Origin: an uncultured delta proteobacterium
GTDB taxonomy: Bacteria > Desulfobacterota > Binatia > UBA9968
Assembly: GCA_963771465.1 (NCBI GenBank)
Contig: CAVYTU010000015.1
Span: forward strand, 1,120,001 to 1,184,000
Direction: 5' to 3'
DNA length: 64,000 nt
Shown here: positions 61,000 through 64,000 of the stretch, piece after piece
Position numbering within the stretch: the first letter of the stretch is position 1
Layout: the number at the start of each line of letters is the position of its first letter
Notes under the pieces: model-generated
Told to the model about the DNA's origin: nothing
What the model saw: the letters and a program-made list of their open reading frames with translations, nothing else
The model's database searches: none
Position numbers and translations under genes: made by a program

Positions 61000-62010
61000 C
61001 TACTTCCCTTCATATAACTTCTTGATAAATCCGCTCTTCTCCAACTCGGCGACGAAGCTCGTATCGACGAATTCCTCCGCCTTGTGACCGCGGATGTCCG
61101 CCCGGCGGTGCGCGACAATCTCGTAGATCGCGTCCAATCCTTTGGTGATCGGATAGGGCGCCGAAATGAAATCTTGCTTGTGAATGACATAAGCACCTTC
61201 GAGATACTCCGGATCGTTGGTGCGCAAGTATTTGGCAAGAACCTGTTTGCTCGCCTCTTTGTTGTTTTTCAAAAAGGCGATGCCTTCGACGAAGGAACGC
61301 ACATAGCGCGCCACCGTGTCGCGCTCTTCGCGAATCGTTTTGCGCCGGGTCACCACCGACGCCGTCGGGTAAACGATTTCCTTCTTGGCATCGAGCAACG
61401 GGCGAAAACCTTTGCGCTCCGCCTGAACGTCCGCCGGATAGGAAAGATCGGCGGCATCCACCGAACCATTATAAAGCGCCTGGACGCGCTCGGCGGTGTT
61501 GCCTACCGCGAGCCAATAGACATCGCGGACGGTGTCGATGCCGTACTTGCGCAGCACGTAACCGAAGAGCAAGTCGCCGGCCGATCCCAAACTAGATATG
61601 CCGATTTTTTTGCCTTTGAGATCTTCGACTTTGCGAATCTCCGGTTTCACCATCAATCGGCTGCCCTGAACGCCGATGCCATGAGCGACGTTCACCAGAT
61701 CGGCGCCGTTGAGCACTGCGAGCATCACTTGCGGCAGCGCCACCGACGCGGCGAATAAACTGCCGGACAACATCGCCTGCGAAGTCTGGCCTGAACCGCG
61801 CAGCAAAACCGGTTCTACGTCGAGCCCGTTCTTTTCGAAAATCTTCGCTTCCTTGGAAATCCAGGGAATCCATAACGTCGGCGACAATGTCGACACGCCC
61901 CAATAGATTTTCTTGAGTGGCTTGTCCTGCGCGAAGCCTTGGGTTGCCAAAGCCAACACGGAGATCAACAATATGAGATAAGTATTTCGCCAAATTTGCG
62001 CCATCTGCAC
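61000..62010 (-). CDS. ABC substrate-binding protein, NMT1/SsuA-like
   Basis: Signal peptide, FEKNGLDVE, DLKGKKIG. Confidence 0.82.
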   Translation of the reverse strand: MQMAQIWRNTYLILLISVLALATQGFAQDKPLKKIYWGVSTLSPTLWIPWISKEAKIFEKNGLDVEPVLLRGSGQTSQAMLSGSLFAASVALPQVMLAVLNGADLVNVAHGIGVQGSRLMVKPEIRKVEDLKGKKIGISSLGSAGDLLFGYVLRKYGIDTVRDVYWLAVGNTAERVQALYNGSVDAADLSYPADVQAERKGFRPLLDAKKEIVYPTASVVTRRKTIREERDTVARYVRSFVEGIAFLKNNKEASKQVLAKYLRTNDPEYLEGAYVIHKQDFISAPYPITKGLDAIYEIVAHRRADIRGHKAEEFVDTSFVAELEKSGFIKKLYEGK

Positions 62011-62277
62011 TCCTTGCTAGAACGGATATTCATACGGCGAAGAAAGCTGACGACACGCTGTCGATCGAGGTGTGACCCTGGAGGAACCAAGGCACCGGCG
62101 CGAATATTTCATTTTATGTTCAGCTCTCGAGACGATGTTTGACGTTTTCGCTGCTGATGTCATAAGCAACTCGCCACGCTGACATCTTCAAGGCACAACG
62201 GCTTTGCCTTCGTTCCGTAAGGGGTTGCGCCTCGAGCGCAGTTTTACCGCGAATAAACCAGGCTAGAACGACACGGA

Positions 62278-63345
62278 TCACCGCGACGGCAGCGGGCCGC
62301 TTCCAGCGAGTGCCTTGACCAGATCAATAACCTCGGGGTCGCGGGGAATTTCTCGGATCTCTTTGGTCAGTTGTTCAGCTGACACCGGTTCGACTTCGTC
62401 GCCGACGATTTTTTTATATTCGCGATGAAACTCGGTGTCTTTGAGCACCTTGCGCATCGCCTCCTCGAGAATTTCCACGCGATCCTTCGGAGTCCCGGGC
62501 AGTGCGACGTAGGGTGAACCCACTAATCTAAAGGTCCTCCATGTGTTCACGAGTTTGACCTCTCGCTGCGACTTGGCAAAGCTCTCGATCTCCGGCAGAT
62601 GACCAAGCCGTGGATGTTTAGATCCCTTGGGAATATCGATGATCGTATGAAAATCCATAAGGCCCTTTTCGATCCAATCCGGGCTTCGCCTCTGGATCGC
62701 GGTCGCGCCGTTCGCCGTCGCGTCCAATTCGCCACGCATTAGGGCAACCTCAAGATCTCCGGTGCCGCTAAAGCCGGTGACCCATTTAGAATCCTTAAGA
62801 CCCAATAGGAAAGCGAACAGCCGCGCCGCGACGTAATTGGTGTGACCCACAGACAGACCGCCGACGCGCACGCCGGAAGCGGCGCGGAGTTTCTCTAGGT
62901 TACTAAACCCGCTTTCCTTGCGTGTAAAGAAGGTAATGTGAAACGCGTGTTCCGTAGCGCCCAAGTAGATAAACTTGGAGCTGTCAAACATCACGCCACT
63001 TTCTTTAAGGACTTCTAGCGGTATGGCTGTGGCCGCGAGCACACCGATCGTCAACCCATCGGGTTTGACGTTGCCGTAAAGATGATTCGCCGCTTTGCGC
63101 CCGCCGGCGCCGGCCATGTTCTCGACGATGAGCGTCGGATTACCGGGGATGTGCTTGCGCAAAAAAGGCAGTAACGCTCTGATCCGAATGTCGCCCGATC
63201 CACCCGCGGCGACGCCTGAAACTACCGTTATTGTCTTGCCTTGATAGAACGGCGTCTGAGCCGAACCGTCTGTGCGACAAAAAACCAACGAGGCGGTGAA
63301 AAGCATCGCTACACTTAGCGTTTTACTTAAGCGCGTTTCAGTCAT
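62278..63345 (-). CDS. TctC/Bug-like receptor
   Basis: FYQGKTI, AGGSGD, HIPGNPTLIVENMAGAGG, KPDGLT, PGTPKDRV. Confidence 0.82.
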   Translation of the reverse strand: MTETRLSKTLSVAMLFTASLVFCRTDGSAQTPFYQGKTITVVSGVAAGGSGDIRIRALLPFLRKHIPGNPTLIVENMAGAGGRKAANHLYGNVKPDGLTIGVLAATAIPLEVLKESGVMFDSSKFIYLGATEHAFHITFFTRKESGFSNLEKLRAASGVRVGGLSVGHTNYVAARLFAFLLGLKDSKWVTGFSGTGDLEVALMRGELDATANGATAIQRRSPDWIEKGLMDFHTIIDIPKGSKHPRLGHLPEIESFAKSQREVKLVNTWRTFRLVGSPYVALPGTPKDRVEILEEAMRKVLKDTEFHREYKKIVGDEVEPVSAEQLTKEIREIPRDPEVIDLVKALAGSGPLPSR

Positions 63346-63397
63346 GGTTCCCTCATCGTGAATAAATAATTTCAGCGCCGACGATCAATTGCCCGGA

Positions 63398-64000
63398 TCA
63401 CTTGGCCGCTTTTGCATTCACCATCGCCAACGCTTTGCCGTGATAGGATGCATCGTAGTACCGGTCCGGCGCCGGCGCCTTGCCACCCCAACTGCCCTCG
63501 ACCTCGGCGCGGAATTTAAGCACGTTGCTAAAACGTTCAACGTCGATCGCCGCGTCTTTGGCCAAACCGTTGGCTCCCACGTCCATTTCGTAAATTCCCG
63601 TTGCTAGTTCGCGCGACATTTTGCGCTGGCGCAGAACCATATCGATCACTTTGTCTTTGTTTGCCGGATTAAGCAGCCAGCGCTGCGCCTCGATCTGCGC
63701 TGCGAGGTAGCGAATCAGCAGATCGCTATTTTCCTTAGCCCACTGGCGGCGCGTGAAAACACCGTAACGCAGCGTCGGTCCGAAGATGTTCGCCGTTGTC
63801 GCCAGGCTCACCAAGCCGTCCTGGCGCGCCTGCGCCGCCGTCTGTCCAGACGCCATCGTAGCGGCGAATTCTTTTTGCTTCAGCATCGCCGCGATGCGCG
63901 CCGATGTGCCGCCGACTTCCTTCATCTGATAATCGGTTCCTGCGTTGAGCCCAACGGTTGAGAGAATTTTTTTGAGCGCCAGCGCGTTCTGGGTGTTCGG
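63398..64000 (-). CDS. ABC substrate-binding protein, NMT1-like, C-terminal part (5' outside window)
   Basis: VGGTSARIAAM, WAKENSDLLIRYL, YYDASY; frame open to window edge. Confidence 0.7.
   Translation of the reverse strand, partial: PNTQNALALKKILSTVGLNAGTDYQMKEVGGTSARIAAMLKQKEFAATMASGQTAAQARQDGLVSLATTANIFGPTLRYGVFTRRQWAKENSDLLIRYLAAQIEAQRWLLNPANKDKVIDMVLRQRKMSRELATGIYEMDVGANGLAKDAAIDVERFSNVLKFRAEVEGSWGGKAPAPDRYYDASYHGKALAMVNAKAAK

Overview
Gene-dense bacterial chromosomal window, moderately GC-rich, from a diderm. Many orphan substrate-binding proteins, amidohydrolases and CoA transferases plus F420 genes suggest an uncultured Deltaproteobacteria/Binatia-like lineage (inference only). In order it carries: an ECF sigma/anti-sigma envelope module with three matching promoter motifs and an unannotated 36-aa lipoprotein; an F420 operon (cofG-cofD-cofC-cofE-npdG); a membrane pentapeptide-repeat protein; a GluR0-type ligand-gated channel with a non-K+ pore signature; recD2, a CorC/HlyC gene and hisC; a candidate novel three-gene unit (1064-aa repeat coiled-coil protein plus two divergent single-domain KaiC-like ATPases behind a sigma54-like promoter); clpB with a small basic downstream ORF; two MFS genes; dinB-hemE-hemH-hemY; a sugar ABC transporter; a CoA-transferase/MmgE-PrpD/acyl-CoA dehydrogenase catabolic cluster; and an array of SBP genes. 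At least six single-base frameshifts and one nonsense codon interrupt otherwise intact genes; the frameshifts are probably assembly indels. I saw no rRNA, tRNA, CRISPR array or transposase. All family calls come from motif recognition, not database searches.
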